Part shown: positions 36,590 through 46,800 of the stretch, piece by piece
Layout: every line of letters starts with the position of its first letter
Numbering within the stretch: the first letter of the stretch is position 1
Source: Minisyncoccota bacterium
Lineage (GTDB): Bacteria > Patescibacteriota > Minisyncoccia > Phycocordibacterales > UBA5272
DNA: 64,000 nucleotides
Assembly: GCA_031972295.1 (NCBI GenBank)
Contig: DALYEZ010000002.1
Span: 9,596-73,595, forward strand
Direction of reading: 5' to 3'
Notes under the pieces: model-generated
Seen by the model: the letters and a program-made list of their open reading frames with translations, nothing else
Told to the model about the DNA's origin: nothing
The model's database searches: none
Made by a program: the position numbers and the translations under genes

Positions 36590-37855
36590 ATGTTCGCAAA
36601 ATTACAATTCTTATTCACGGATCCTGGAATACGAGCACGGCTCCTTTTCGTGATCGGAGCATTTGTTGTATTTCGAGTTCTCGCTGCTATACCAATGCCA
36701 GGGATTGATGCTTTCCAATTACAACAGTTCTTGGAAAACAATCAGTTCTTCGGACTACTCAATATCCTTTCAGGAAGTGGACTTTCAACACTCTCTTTGG
36801 TGATGCTTGGTGTTGGTCCGTACATTACTGCGTCGATTATCTTCCAGCTTGCAACTGTTATTGTGCCAAAGCTTAAAGAGCTTCAGCAAGAAGGTGGCGA
36901 AGAGGGACGAAGAAAGATTACACAGTGGGGTCGGATTGTTACATTTCCACTTGCACTTATCCAAGGCTTCTCGCTTCTTCTTATTCTTGCACAACAAGGG
37001 GTTATTGACCCACTTTCAGGATTTAGTTTGGTGCTCGCGCTCCTTACGGTTGCGGCGGGAACATACCTTCTTATGTGGATTGGAGAAATGGTAAGTGAAA
37101 GAGGAATCGGAAACGGACTATCACTCATTATCTTTGCAGGTATCGTGGCGGTATTGCCACAACAAATAGCGCAGTACTTCTTTGCTTTCGATGCGTCGCA
37201 GGTTCCAACCTTGATTGCGTTTGTTGCCGTAGGGATCATTACTATCCTTGGTGTTGTGTACTTTACCGAAGCGGAACGACCTATTGCGGTGCAGTATGCG
37301 CGCCAGGCTCGTGGTGGAGCAACATATGGAAGTACGCAAACATATCTTCCTATTCGTGTGACACTTGCTGGAGTAATGCCTATTATCTTCGCACTTACGT
37401 TGTTCACCTTCCCGCAATTATTCGCTACCTTGTTAGCTACTTCTACAAACGGAATACTTGCAAGTATTGCAAGCGGTATCACAACATTCTTCCAAAACCA
37501 ATGGCTCTATGGTGGAGCATACTTCCTTCTTGTATTCTTCTTCACATTCTTCTACACAGCGGTTGTATTTGAACCGGAAAAAGTATCAGAGAATTTGCAG
37601 AAGGGAGGAGGCTTTATCCCAGGCATTCGTCCAGGTAAGCCAACAACAGAATATATTGGAGATGTCGTAAGTCGTGTGACCTTCGTGGGTGCGTTATTCT
37701 TTGCAATCATTGCTGTGCTCCCTGTTATCCTTACGGCAATTACTGGCAACCAATCTCTCGCTCTTGGCGGAACAGCACTTCTTATCGTGGTGTCAGTTGT
37801 TATTGACCTCATAAAAAAGGTTGATGCGCAGCTTTCACTTCGAGAGTATCTGTAA
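36590..37855 (+). CDS. secY: protein translocase subunit SecY
   Basis: 10-TM protein in the canonical spc-operon position. GIMPYITASII plug/TM2 region. Confidence 0.95.
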   Translation: MFAKLQFLFTDPGIRARLLFVIGAFVVFRVLAAIPMPGIDAFQLQQFLENNQFFGLLNILSGSGLSTLSLVMLGVGPYITASIIFQLATVIVPKLKELQQEGGEEGRRKITQWGRIVTFPLALIQGFSLLLILAQQGVIDPLSGFSLVLALLTVAAGTYLLMWIGEMVSERGIGNGLSLIIFAGIVAVLPQQIAQYFFAFDASQVPTLIAFVAVGIITILGVVYFTEAERPIAVQYARQARGGATYGSTQTYLPIRVTLAGVMPIIFALTLFTFPQLFATLLATSTNGILASIASGITTFFQNQWLYGGAYFLLVFFFTFFYTAVVFEPEKVSENLQKGGGFIPGIRPGKPTTEYIGDVVSRVTFVGALFFAIIAVLPVILTAITGNQSLALGGTALLIVVSVVIDLIKKVDAQLSLREYL

Positions 37856-37922
37856 TTCCTCTTCGAAACCAAAACATAAAACCCCGTTCAAACGGGGTTT
37901 TATTGTGTGGTATAGTTTAGAA

Positions 37923-38519
37923 GTGAATCCGCAGACTTTTGTTTTCATAGGCCGGTCTGGATGTGGTAAGGGTACCCAAGCACAGCTTCTACAGCAAAAG
38001 CTACGTGAGAAGACCCCTGAGACACCTATTTTTTATCTCGAAACAGGCGAGCGGTTTCGGGATTATATTAAATCCGACACCTACTCGTCTAACATCTCAA
38101 AACAGATTGCGGAGCAGGGGGGAATACAACCAGAATTTTTAGCAGTATGGAATTGGGCATCGCTTTTTGTAGAGAAAATGAAAGGCGACGAACATTTGGT
38201 TCTCGATGGTACTCCACGAAAACTTAACGAAGCAGCAGTGCTCGATTCAGCAATGAAATTTTACAAACGTGAAAAGCCATTCGTTGTTTTTTTGGATGTT
38301 TCAAAAGAATTTTCAATAGCCCGCTTTAAAGATCGTGGACGTTCAGACGACAAGAGTTTGCAAGCCATAGAAGAGCGTATGCGATGGTATGAAGAAGACG
38401 TTGTTCCAGCAATACGGTATTTTTGGCAGAATGAAGATTACACCCTTCTTCATATAAACGGCGAACAAACTATTGAGCAAGTACATGCAGACATCATGTC
38501 TCAGATAAAAATACTTTAG
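37923..38519 (+). CDS. adk: adenylate kinase
   Basis: P-loop FIGRSGCGKGTQ and an NMP-binding region. Likely GTG start at 37923 (or 37905), after a hairpin AAAACCCCGTTCAAACGGGGTTTT at 37878-37902 between secY and adk. Confidence 0.8.
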   Translation: MNPQTFVFIGRSGCGKGTQAQLLQQKLREKTPETPIFYLETGERFRDYIKSDTYSSNISKQIAEQGGIQPEFLAVWNWASLFVEKMKGDEHLVLDGTPRKLNEAAVLDSAMKFYKREKPFVVFLDVSKEFSIARFKDRGRSDDKSLQAIEERMRWYEEDVVPAIRYFWQNEDYTLLHINGEQTIEQVHADIMSQIKIL

Positions 38520-38521
38520 AT

Positions 38522-39286
38522 ATGGTGAAGCTAAAAACAGCAAAGGAAATAGAAATTTTAAAAGAGGGAGGCAAACGACTCTCATTGATACTCGATGAGC
38601 TTGAAAAAATGGTCGCGCCTGGCGTGACAACCAAAGAGCTTGATACTGCTTGCGAGAAAATGATGCGTGCTCACGGTGGTGTGCCGGTATTGAAAGGGTA
38701 TCAGCCTCATGGTTCAGACATCCCTTTTCCTGCGTCGTTGTGTACTTCTGTAAACACTGTTGTCGTACACGGTGTGCCAAATAATTACGTCTTGAAAGAA
38801 GGAGATATTGTCGGACTCGATACTTGTTTTGGATATCAGGGGATGATTACAGACTCTGCGCGTACTGTTGCGGTAGGAAAAATATCAAAGCAGGATAAAA
38901 AACTCCTGGACGTTACCAAAGAGGCAATGTATGCAGGTATTGATATTGCGCGTCCAGGAAAGACAACACATGATATTGGTAAAGTAGTTGAGAAAGTTTT
39001 AAATGAGCATGGCTACGGAACACCAACTATTTTAGGTGGACATGGTGTGGGTTATAAGGTTCATGAAGATCCATATGTTCCAAACTACGATATGGGTAAG
39101 GGCGGTACAAAATTGGTTCCAGGAATGGTTATCACTGTTGAGCCAATGCTCATTGCAGGGGGGACTGATGATGTCTATACGGATGGAAAAGATGGTTACA
39201 GCGTCTATACTAAAGATGGAAGCAATAGTGCGCACTTTGAACACACAATTGTCATTACAGAAAAAGGGCCTGAGATTTTAACGTAA
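38522..39286 (+). CDS. map: methionine aminopeptidase type I
   Basis: Metal ligands in VVHGVPN, GDIVGLD, HGVGYKVHE, and EPM. Confidence 0.9.
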   Translation: MVKLKTAKEIEILKEGGKRLSLILDELEKMVAPGVTTKELDTACEKMMRAHGGVPVLKGYQPHGSDIPFPASLCTSVNTVVVHGVPNNYVLKEGDIVGLDTCFGYQGMITDSARTVAVGKISKQDKKLLDVTKEAMYAGIDIARPGKTTHDIGKVVEKVLNEHGYGTPTILGGHGVGYKVHEDPYVPNYDMGKGGTKLVPGMVITVEPMLIAGGTDDVYTDGKDGYSVYTKDGSNSAHFEHTIVITEKGPEILT

Positions 39287-39289
39287 TCT

Positions 39290-39502
39290 ATGAACTCTTA
39301 CGCTGCTGCTACAAATCTTTCGAGTACAGTCCTTATGTGGGTATTTGCTCTTGCGTGTGTCGGTGTCGCTTTCGTGTCTATTCTTTTGTGGTATCACTGG
39401 ATACGCTACGGCATGAAAGATCCTAAAATTTCTTTTGCCCAGATAGTGTATTTTCTTGGACTATTTATACTTGTCTTCATTACCCTCACACTTCTTCTAT
39501 GA
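39290..39502 (+). CDS. small membrane protein (hypothetical)
   Basis: 70 aa with two TM helices. Overlaps the next ORF start by 4 nt. Confidence 0.35.
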   Translation: MNSYAAATNLSSTVLMWVFALACVGVAFVSILLWYHWIRYGMKDPKISFAQIVYFLGLFILVFITLTLLL

Positions 39503-40047
39503 TGTTAGATGACAACGAAACAATTATTTTATATATTCGCAAGCATTGGATTTTGTTTGTTGTGCACATTTTCCCAACGATTCTTCTTGCGATACTTCCC
39601 GTGCTATTTCCAACACTTCTTGATTTTTTTCTACCGCAAAAATTAGAGCGTTTTCAAAATGCCGGCTGGGCACTGTATTTTATGTGGCTGATTGTTTTGT
39701 GGGTATGGGGATTTTTACAATGGACGGAATACTACTTGGATGTATGGGTTCTCACCAGTAGAAAAATAATCAATGCAGATCAAATAGCTCTTTTTAATAG
39801 ACACATGGCAACCCTTGAACTAGAGAAGATTCAAGATATTAGCCTCGAGGTGAACGGATTTATTGACACCATGTTTGGTTTTGGCACCATTCGTGTACAA
39901 ACAGCAGGAGAAACAAGAGAGTTTTTTCTCAAACATGCCTATCATCCGGAAGATGCGAAACAAGCAATTTTAGACGCTCAGCATCGTTTGCGGGAAGACC
40001 TTTTAAAGCGTCAAAGTACCTATATCCGTGACGGAATAGGGTACTAG
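39499..40047 (+). CDS. membrane-flanked bacterial PH-domain (DUF304/bPH_2, YdbS-like) protein
   Basis: Two N-terminal TM helices, then WVLTSRKIIN...TIRVQTAGETREF. Confidence 0.5.
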   Translation: MMLDDNETIILYIRKHWILFVVHIFPTILLAILPVLFPTLLDFFLPQKLERFQNAGWALYFMWLIVLWVWGFLQWTEYYLDVWVLTSRKIINADQIALFNRHMATLELEKIQDISLEVNGFIDTMFGFGTIRVQTAGETREFFLKHAYHPEDAKQAILDAQHRLREDLLKRQSTYIRDGIGY

Positions 40048-40128
40048 GTAGAGAGAGGAGTCTTGTTAGGGTAATGTTGTCAAAAGTCTTGTTTTATAGT
40101 ATTCTAGGCGGACTGTCGAAAAATATTT

Positions 40129-40566
40129 ATGCCAACAATTAACCAGCTCACAAAGCGACCAAGAAACAAAACCGCGCGCAGATCGCGTTCGGTCGCATTG
40201 AGTAAGGGGTTCAACCACCTGAAGAATAAGCCGGTATACTACCCATCGCCATTTAAAAGCGGTGTGTGTACCAAGGTGTCAACCACTACTCCAAAGAAAC
40301 CAAACTCTGCTGTTCGAAAAATTGCCCGTGTACGACTTAAAAACGGAATGGAAGTAACTGCGTACATTCCAGGTATTGGACACAAACTCCAAGAGCACTC
40401 AGTAGTGATGCTTCGAGGTGGTCGTGTAAAAGACTTGGCCGGTGTTCGTTACCATATTGTTCGTGGCCGGTTAGACGCCACACCAGTGGAGAATCGAAAA
40501 CAAGGTCGTTCATTATATGGTGCGAAGAAGCCAAAGAAAGGCGCCGCAGCTCCTAAGAAGAAATAA
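40129..40566 (+). CDS. rpsL: 30S ribosomal protein S12 (with an approximately 15-aa insertion and Lys-rich tail)
   Basis: PTINQL...[25 protein letters not shown]...[24 protein letters not shown]. Confidence 0.9.
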   Translation: MPTINQLTKRPRNKTARRSRSVALSKGFNHLKNKPVYYPSPFKSGVCTKVSTTTPKKPNSAVRKIARVRLKNGMEVTAYIPGIGHKLQEHSVVMLRGGRVKDLAGVRYHIVRGRLDATPVENRKQGRSLYGAKKPKKGAAAPKKK

Positions 40567-40571
40567 ATACT

Positions 40572-41039
40572 ATGCGAAGAAAAGTAACAAATCGAAATAT
40601 AGTAACTCCTGAGTCGACATACAACTCATACGAAGTTGCAAAACTCATTAACTACATCATGGAGCGTGGCAAGAAAAATGCTGCTCGAAAGATTGTATAT
40701 GATGCTATGGATCTTATTAAGGAGATGGAAGGTAAAGAGCCGATGGACGTTTTCACTGAGGCCATCAAAAACACCTCACCGCTTATGGAAGTGCGTTCTC
40801 GACGTGTTGGTGGTGCAAACTACCAGGTTCCTCGAGAAGTGCGCCCAGAACGCCGTCTCATGCTTTCTATGCGATGGATTAAGGAGGCCGCTGCGTCTAA
40901 AAAAGGCGAGGCAATGCATAAGAAGCTTGCAAAAGAGCTCATTGCTGCAAGTAAGAACGAAGGTACTGCTGTAAAGAAACGAGAAGACACACACAAAATG
41001 GCAGAAGCCAACAAGGCGTTTGCACACTTTGCTTGGTAA
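40572..41039 (+). CDS. rpsG: 30S ribosomal protein S7
   Basis: MRRKVTNRNIV...GKKNAARKIVYDA.... Confidence 0.9.
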   Translation: MRRKVTNRNIVTPESTYNSYEVAKLINYIMERGKKNAARKIVYDAMDLIKEMEGKEPMDVFTEAIKNTSPLMEVRSRRVGGANYQVPREVRPERRLMLSMRWIKEAAASKKGEAMHKKLAKELIAASKNEGTAVKKREDTHKMAEANKAFAHFAW

Positions 41040-41054
41040 TCTTGAAGATACAAA

Positions 41055-41090
41055 TAAAAAAGCGTCCCGAATGGACGCTTTTTTATTTGT
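41055..41090. terminator. bidirectional terminator between rpsG (+) and efp (-)
   Basis: AAAAAAGCGTCCGAATGGACGCTTTTTT. Confidence 0.7.
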
Positions 41091-41098
41091 TTAAGTTT

Positions 41099-41683
41099 TT
41101 ATACTCGTTCGACGTACTCTCCTGTCTCAGTATTCACGCGGATAGTCTCTCCAGCTTCGATGAAGAGGGGAGCAGCAATCTGAGCACCTGTTTCAATAGT
41201 TACAAACTTATTACCACCCGATGCAGTATTGCCTTTAATTGCTGGTGGTGCATCTGTAATTTTGAAATCCATTTTCACAGGAAGGGCAACACCAATGATT
41301 GTTTCTTCATCATCATATTCAAATACTTTCACATCAACCTCAGTGTTTTCTTTGAGGAACTTAACACTCTCGCCAATCACTTCAGCTGAGATCTCATAAC
41401 GGTCACTTGGGTTCTTTGGATCGCAGAACCACAATGTTCCTTTGCGAGCATCCTTGTACATGAACTTCGCTAGTTTTTTGGTAATATCCGCTTCTTCTAC
41501 CTTCTCAGCCGCATGGAACGACACGGGAATTACGCGTCCAGTAAGTAGGTTTCGGAGCTTTGTTTGGTTCTGGGGCTTGCGTTGCTGTGTACGTGCAACG
41601 TGGTATTCAAGGACTTCGTAAGGTTCCTCATTGTAAACAATGTATTTTCGTGGGCGAATTTCGCTGTATTCAAGTAATGCCAT
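41099..41683 (-). CDS. efp: elongation factor P
   Basis: MALLEYSEIRPRKYIVYNEEPYEVLEYHVARTQQRKPQNQTKLRNLLTG; three OB domains. Confidence 0.9.
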   Translation of the reverse strand: MALLEYSEIRPRKYIVYNEEPYEVLEYHVARTQQRKPQNQTKLRNLLTGRVIPVSFHAAEKVEEADITKKLAKFMYKDARKGTLWFCDPKNPSDRYEISAEVIGESVKFLKENTEVDVKVFEYDDEETIIGVALPVKMDFKITDAPPAIKGNTASGGNKFVTIETGAQIAAPLFIEAGETIRVNTETGEYVERV

Positions 41684-41728
41684 AGTTAGGACAGTATATA
41701 TAATAAAGGCTATTTAGGAAACCCCTCA

Positions 41729-41756
41729 AGAAAAGCCCCACATTTGTGGGGCTTTT
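41729..41756 (-). terminator. terminator after recA
   Basis: AAAAGCCCCACATTTGTGGGGCTTTT. Confidence 0.6.
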
Positions 41757-41767
41757 CTTGTTGATAT

Positions 41768-42829
41768 TTATTCCGGACTCTCGTCTTCGTCTGATGACCC
41801 ACCACTTGAAACAGGAACAGGATCCTCTTGTAATTTCTTTCTGATTTCTTTGAGAAGCTGGTCGCCAACCTTCTTATTTTCTCGTAAGAACACTCGGGTT
41901 GCATCATATCCACGTCCAAGCTTTATGTCTCCATATGAATACGAAACACCGCTTTTTGATACAAGTCCGAATCTTTCACCAAGGGCAATCATTTCACCTT
42001 CCTGCGAAATACCTTCGTTATACATAATGTCGAACTCTGTTGTTCGGAATGGGGCAGCAACTTTGTTCTTCACCACTTTTACTTTCGTGCGAGCGCCAAC
42101 AACTTCATCACCTTTCTTTATCTGTGCGGTTCGTCGAATATCAATACGCACTGAGGTGTAGAATTTAAGAGCCTTTCCTCCCGGAGTTGTTTCTGGATTA
42201 CCAAACATCACACCAATCTGCATACGAATTTGGTTGATGAAGATAATAACTGTTTTTGACCGTGCGGCAATTGCGGTGAGTTTACGAAGCGCTTGAGACA
42301 TAAGTCGTGCTTGTTTACCAACATGTTGTGCACCCATATCACCTTCAATTTCATCACGTGGGGTAAGTGCGGCAACAGAGTCAATAACGAGCACGTCAAT
42401 TTTTCCTGAACGTACAAGTGACTCAGTAATTTCAAGAGCTTGCTCACCGTTGTCTGGTTGAGAGATGAGAAGTTCGTTTATGTTTACACCAAGCTTTTTT
42501 GCGTACTCTGGATCCATAGCGTGCTCTGCGTCGATGAAAGCACAAATACCGCCAAGCTTTTGCGCTTCTGCAATCACATGAAGAGTCAGTGTTGTTTTTC
42601 CTGAAGACTCTGGTCCAAAGATTTCAATGATTCGTCCGCGAGGGAAACCGCCTACACCGAGTGCATAGTCTAAGCCTACTGAGCCGGACGGAATAACACC
42701 AATATTTACTTTCGGTGTGTTGCCAAGCTTCATGATAGCTCCTTCACCAAATTTTGTTTGAATCTCTTTAAGCGTACTTTCAAGTCCGGTCATCGTTTCT
42801 TTTTTCGGTTTTTGTTCTTTTTTCTTCAT
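41768..42829 (-). CDS. recA: recombinase RecA
   Basis: Walker [10 protein letters not shown] and the L1/L2 loops. Confidence 0.95.
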   Translation of the reverse strand: MKKKEQKPKKETMTGLESTLKEIQTKFGEGAIMKLGNTPKVNIGVIPSGSVGLDYALGVGGFPRGRIIEIFGPESSGKTTLTLHVIAEAQKLGGICAFIDAEHAMDPEYAKKLGVNINELLISQPDNGEQALEITESLVRSGKIDVLVIDSVAALTPRDEIEGDMGAQHVGKQARLMSQALRKLTAIAARSKTVIIFINQIRMQIGVMFGNPETTPGGKALKFYTSVRIDIRRTAQIKKGDEVVGARTKVKVVKNKVAAPFRTTEFDIMYNEGISQEGEMIALGERFGLVSKSGVSYSYGDIKLGRGYDATRVFLRENKKVGDQLLKEIRKKLQEDPVPVSSGGSSDEDESPE

Positions 42830-42833
42830 ATGT

Positions 42834-43178
42834 CTATTCTACAGAAAGTCGTATGTGTTTCTCTATTGTTTTATTAAATCTATCTTTTGCCTCTATCTCT
42901 ATTATAGTATATGGCGGAAATACTGCTACCTCTGTTCCAAAATCACCCTCTGGCGAACGAGTGATTTGGTTTCCTTGTACAAATAGGGCCTCAACTCGCT
43001 TTGTTGTACCTTCTACACGCACTACTCCAGAAGGTACGTGCATACCATCTTGTATAGTAAGGAGTGTTACAACAGGGGGGAAGATTACGCCCCGGAACGC
43101 AAAAATACCAAAAGCAAGAACCAAAATAATCGCAACTACGTAGACAAACTGTTTTACTTTTGAGCGACTACTTTTCAT
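42834..43178 (-). CDS. hypothetical membrane-anchored protein
   Basis: 114 aa with an N-terminal TM helix. Lies immediately upstream (same strand) of recA. Confidence 0.4.
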   Translation of the reverse strand: MKSSRSKVKQFVYVVAIILVLAFGIFAFRGVIFPPVVTLLTIQDGMHVPSGVVRVEGTTKRVEALFVQGNQITRSPEGDFGTEVAVFPPYTIIEIEAKDRFNKTIEKHIRLSVE

Positions 43179-43190
43179 GAGTGAGTACCT

Positions 43191-45548
43191 TTAAGTATTA
43201 GTTTGAGTATCTTCGTCAGTTAATCCAAAACCACCTGTCGATCCATTTCGTTCAAGTACCGTTCGAGGCTTCGCACCATCTTGTGGACCTACAACCCCAC
43301 GCTCTTCAAGGATGTCTATGAGTCGTGCCGCGCGTGAATATCCAACCTTGAGTCTTCTTTGGAGGTATGATGTTGAAGCTTTCCCTGAAGATACAACAAT
43401 GTCTTTTGCTTGTTCGTAGAGATCATCGTCAGAATCTCCGCCATTATCGCCTGAAGACATGTCAGTGCTGTTTCCGGTAACGCTTATTGGTGCGCCATCA
43501 GAAATGATAATCTCATCAGGGATCATTTCTCGATGCGCTTGTTTCAGGTAGGCAACAACACGTTTAATTTCATCAGTAGAGATAAATGCCGACTGTACGC
43601 GTTCTATCTTTGCACTCTCGGCCGAAGAAAAGAGCATGTCACCTGCACCAAGAAGTTTCTCAGCACCTGCACCGTCAAGGATGGTTCGGGAGTCAATCTG
43701 TGAAGCAACCTTGAGTGCGATTCGTGAAGGTACATTTGCTTTGATAAGCCCTGTAATTACTTTCACCTCAGGTCGTTGAGTAGAGAGAATAAGGTGAATA
43801 CCGACAGCACGACTTTTCTGGGCGAGGCGAACAATTGCAGCTTCGAGTTCTTTTGGATACGTCATCATAATGTCAGCGAGTTCGTCGATAACAATAACGA
43901 TATATGGCATCTTACTTGGTGCTTCATTTTCAGGAAGTTTACCTTTGGCTATTTTTTCCATCCCGGGCAAATAAATTTTTTGATGATATGCCTTTATGTC
44001 TTGTTCGTGGAATTTTTCAAGTAGGTCGTATCGTCGTTCCATTTCTTGCACGGCCCAATTGAGTGTTTGAATTGTTTTCTTTGCGGTTGTGATTACTGGG
44101 GTATAGAGGTGGGGAATATTATTATAGAAAGTAAGTTCAACTTTCTTTGGGTCAACCATGATGAGTTTCATGTCATACGGTGAGTTGCGGAAAAGAAGTG
44201 ACTGAATAATCGCATGCATAGTTACAGATTTTCCAGACCCCGTGGTACCCGCAATCAAAAGGTGAGGCATCTTTGCTAAGTTTGCAAAAAGCGGTTTACC
44301 AGAAATTCCTTTACCAAGGGCAAACATGAGGGGGTTGGGATTTTTCTGAAAATCATCGTGTGTGAGAAGTGAGCCAAGTCCAACCGTTGACTTACTTTCA
44401 TTCGGAATCTCAATACCTACGAGTGACTTTCCAGGAATAGGGGCTTCAACACGAATACTCTCAACCGCGAGGTCAAGTGCAAGTTCATTTTGGAGTCCAA
44501 CAATTCGTGAAAGTTTTACACCTTGTGCTGGTTTTAAAGCATAGCGAGTAACCGATGGTCCGATGGAAATCTCATCCATTTCTACGGTGATACCAAAGTT
44601 CTGAAGTGTTCGTTTGATGATAGCAGCATTTTGCTTCACATCACCGGTAGATGCCCGCCCCTTGTCTTTTTCTAAAAGACTGAGTGGTGGTGGCGTAAAC
44701 TCTGTCAAAGGGACAAATTGCACGCGCTCTTCTTTTTTAGGTTCGGGAGCAATTCTCTCGACGGACCGGTTCTCTAAAGGTAAAGGACGAACTTCTTTTG
44801 GAGTCTCTTTCCCTAAAAGTGAATCTCGGAGAGACAAGGAAACACTGTCTTTTTTTATTGGTTCTTCAGCTACTGTTTCTAGCCCCAACTCTACCTCTTC
44901 AATTTCTAAAACCTCTTCCTTACTCATTAGTAACGATAATTTTACTGTAATGTATCGGTACGCCTGCTTTAGTTTATTGAAGACATAAAGAATTCCAGAT
45001 TCAAATACAGTGTCTTTGAATAAACTGAGGGTGGTAACTAAAAAGACAGCTCCAATAATAACGGTACCTGGAACTTGTCCCATAAGGTCGTGGGCTGTTC
45101 TTAGTAGCCAAACCCCGAATGTTCCACCTGTTTGTGAGGGGTTTAAAGGAAGTGCTGTTGAAAGAGTGAGAAGTGATGCGAGAGAGATTGTCCCGAGGAA
45201 ATAAGTGCTTATAGATATCTCAGGTCTTTTTGATTTCCAAAAATAATAGGAGAGTCCGAAGAGGATTACGGGTACCAAAATAGCACCTATTCCTGAGTAC
45301 ATTCTAGCGAGCGTAAATACTTCATTTCCTATTCTCCCACCTTCACCAAAAAGTGAATAAGAGAGCATAATAGCAAGCACAAAACAGGAAAGGGATATGA
45401 GTTTAAAAATCGTTTCTTTTTCCGGAATAGGGGGGAGGAGAAGATCACCCCCTTTCTCTTTTTTCTTTGATGACGCCATAGATGCTATATATTCTAACAC
45501 CTCTTTATCTCTCATGCTTAAGAGATATTTATTCTTTACAAAAGACAT
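43191..45548 (-). CDS. ftsK: DNA translocase FtsK/SpoIIIE
   Basis: N-terminal 4-TM domain, a linker, Walker A LIAGTTGSGKS, and a C-terminal winged-helix gamma domain. The start is uncertain (internal Met candidates at 45548, 45515, 45482); the ORF track extends to 45650. Confidence 0.85.
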   Translation of the reverse strand: MSFVKNKYLLSMRDKEVLEYIASMASSKKKEKGGDLLLPPIPEKETIFKLISLSCFVLAIMLSYSLFGEGGRIGNEVFTLARMYSGIGAILVPVILFGLSYYFWKSKRPEISISTYFLGTISLASLLTLSTALPLNPSQTGGTFGVWLLRTAHDLMGQVPGTVIIGAVFLVTTLSLFKDTVFESGILYVFNKLKQAYRYITVKLSLLMSKEEVLEIEEVELGLETVAEEPIKKDSVSLSLRDSLLGKETPKEVRPLPLENRSVERIAPEPKKEERVQFVPLTEFTPPPLSLLEKDKGRASTGDVKQNAAIIKRTLQNFGITVEMDEISIGPSVTRYALKPAQGVKLSRIVGLQNELALDLAVESIRVEAPIPGKSLVGIEIPNESKSTVGLGSLLTHDDFQKNPNPLMFALGKGISGKPLFANLAKMPHLLIAGTTGSGKSVTMHAIIQSLLFRNSPYDMKLIMVDPKKVELTFYNNIPHLYTPVITTAKKTIQTLNWAVQEMERRYDLLEKFHEQDIKAYHQKIYLPGMEKIAKGKLPENEAPSKMPYIVIVIDELADIMMTYPKELEAAIVRLAQKSRAVGIHLILSTQRPEVKVITGLIKANVPSRIALKVASQIDSRTILDGAGAEKLLGAGDMLFSSAESAKIERVQSAFISTDEIKRVVAYLKQAHREMIPDEIIISDGAPISVTGNSTDMSSGDNGGDSDDDLYEQAKDIVVSSGKASTSYLQRRLKVGYSRAARLIDILEERGVVGPQDGAKPRTVLERNGSTGGFGLTDEDTQTNT

Positions 45549-45604
45549 TGCAAAAGACTTGACTAAATTGTTATATATCCGTACTATAGAAATATTAAAG
45601 ACGT

Positions 45605-46333
45605 ATGAAAGACGCATATCCTGAAGGAGACAAAGTTGCGGCTCAAACAAAAGACAGAGCTCAGAAGATAGTTGCTGCTTTATATCTCCTCACTGATCAC
45701 ATAGACACCGAAAATCCTATCCGGACAGAGATACGGACAAGTGCGGCGCTCCTACTAAAATCAGTAGTTCTTGGGTTAAAAATAGAAGATCTCAAATCAA
45801 GCATAGCTGCCTTTCTCGCCGTGGCCGTTCTCACAAAAGAGATTAGTCATGAAAATGCCTCTATTCTTGAGCAGCAATTGGCGACACTTAAGAATCAGTA
45901 TGTTTCGAATACGGAACCCCTTCTCTCACATATCTTCATTCAGGAAAAGGACATGATTCTTGCTGAAAACAAAGAGACAGGTGATTTTCAAGGGAGCTCA
46001 TTTTTACGGAGAGAAGAATTAAGACCAGCGTCCTTGACTCAAGAACCAAGAGGAGCGGAGCGCGAAAAGGACACCTTCACTGGTCAAAAAAATAAATCAT
46101 CAGAGACATCAAGAGTAGACCCTTCTCAAGCTAAAAAGGACGAAAAGAAAGCCCGCCGACTCCGTGTCCTAGAGCATCTCTCAAAGACTGAATTAAAAAC
46201 AATAAAAGATGTTTCAAAATTTTTTACCGACTGTAGTGAAAAGACAATTCAACGGGAGTTAAATGATTTAGTGGAGGAGAAGACAATTGTGCGGGTAGGG
46301 GACAGACGCTGGAGTACATATAAGCTTGCTTAG
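45605..46333 (+). CDS. hypothetical protein with C-terminal winged-HTH (DeoR-like) DNA-binding domain
   Basis: C-terminus RRLRVLEHLSKTELKTIKDVSKFFTDCSEKTIQRELNDLVEEKTIVRVG. The N-terminal two-thirds are unassigned. Confidence 0.4.
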   Translation: MKDAYPEGDKVAAQTKDRAQKIVAALYLLTDHIDTENPIRTEIRTSAALLLKSVVLGLKIEDLKSSIAAFLAVAVLTKEISHENASILEQQLATLKNQYVSNTEPLLSHIFIQEKDMILAENKETGDFQGSSFLRREELRPASLTQEPRGAEREKDTFTGQKNKSSETSRVDPSQAKKDEKKARRLRVLEHLSKTELKTIKDVSKFFTDCSEKTIQRELNDLVEEKTIVRVGDRRWSTYKLA

Positions 46334-46800
46334 TATTGTACGGAGTCACATTTTGACCATATCTCCGTTACAGTAGTGCAAGGCCACATATGTGGGTATT
46401 TCGTATTTTACACCTATGTATAGGTATGAGATACTACTATCTAGTCGCCTTGCGTGCGTTTTTTGTGTAGTTTATGGGTTTCAAGACCCACTTACTATTA
46501 TAGAAAACGCAGAGGAGATTGATTGTTCGAGGAATGAAACACGAACGAAAGAATGCGATCATTGAAAACTAAATAGGTACTTTTCTTAGGAAAAATTATC
46601 ACGTATTTTTTCGTTCGTGCTTCGTTTAGGAAGCCGAACATAAGTAATGTGAATTGTGAGTCGAATCACATAGCACATTCGCCCGTCTTCCATCCTACTT
46701 TCTGCCGATAGATACTATATATAGTGTCGACGAAAAGTAGGGTGGGGGAAAGGCCCACCTTAATTCGAATTCTTACTTAATTTACAAAGTAAACATAATT

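Noticed and set aside
36883-37482. 199-aa minus-strand ORF inside secY
   Set aside because: Antisense of a highly conserved, clearly assigned gene. Composition is non-protein-like.
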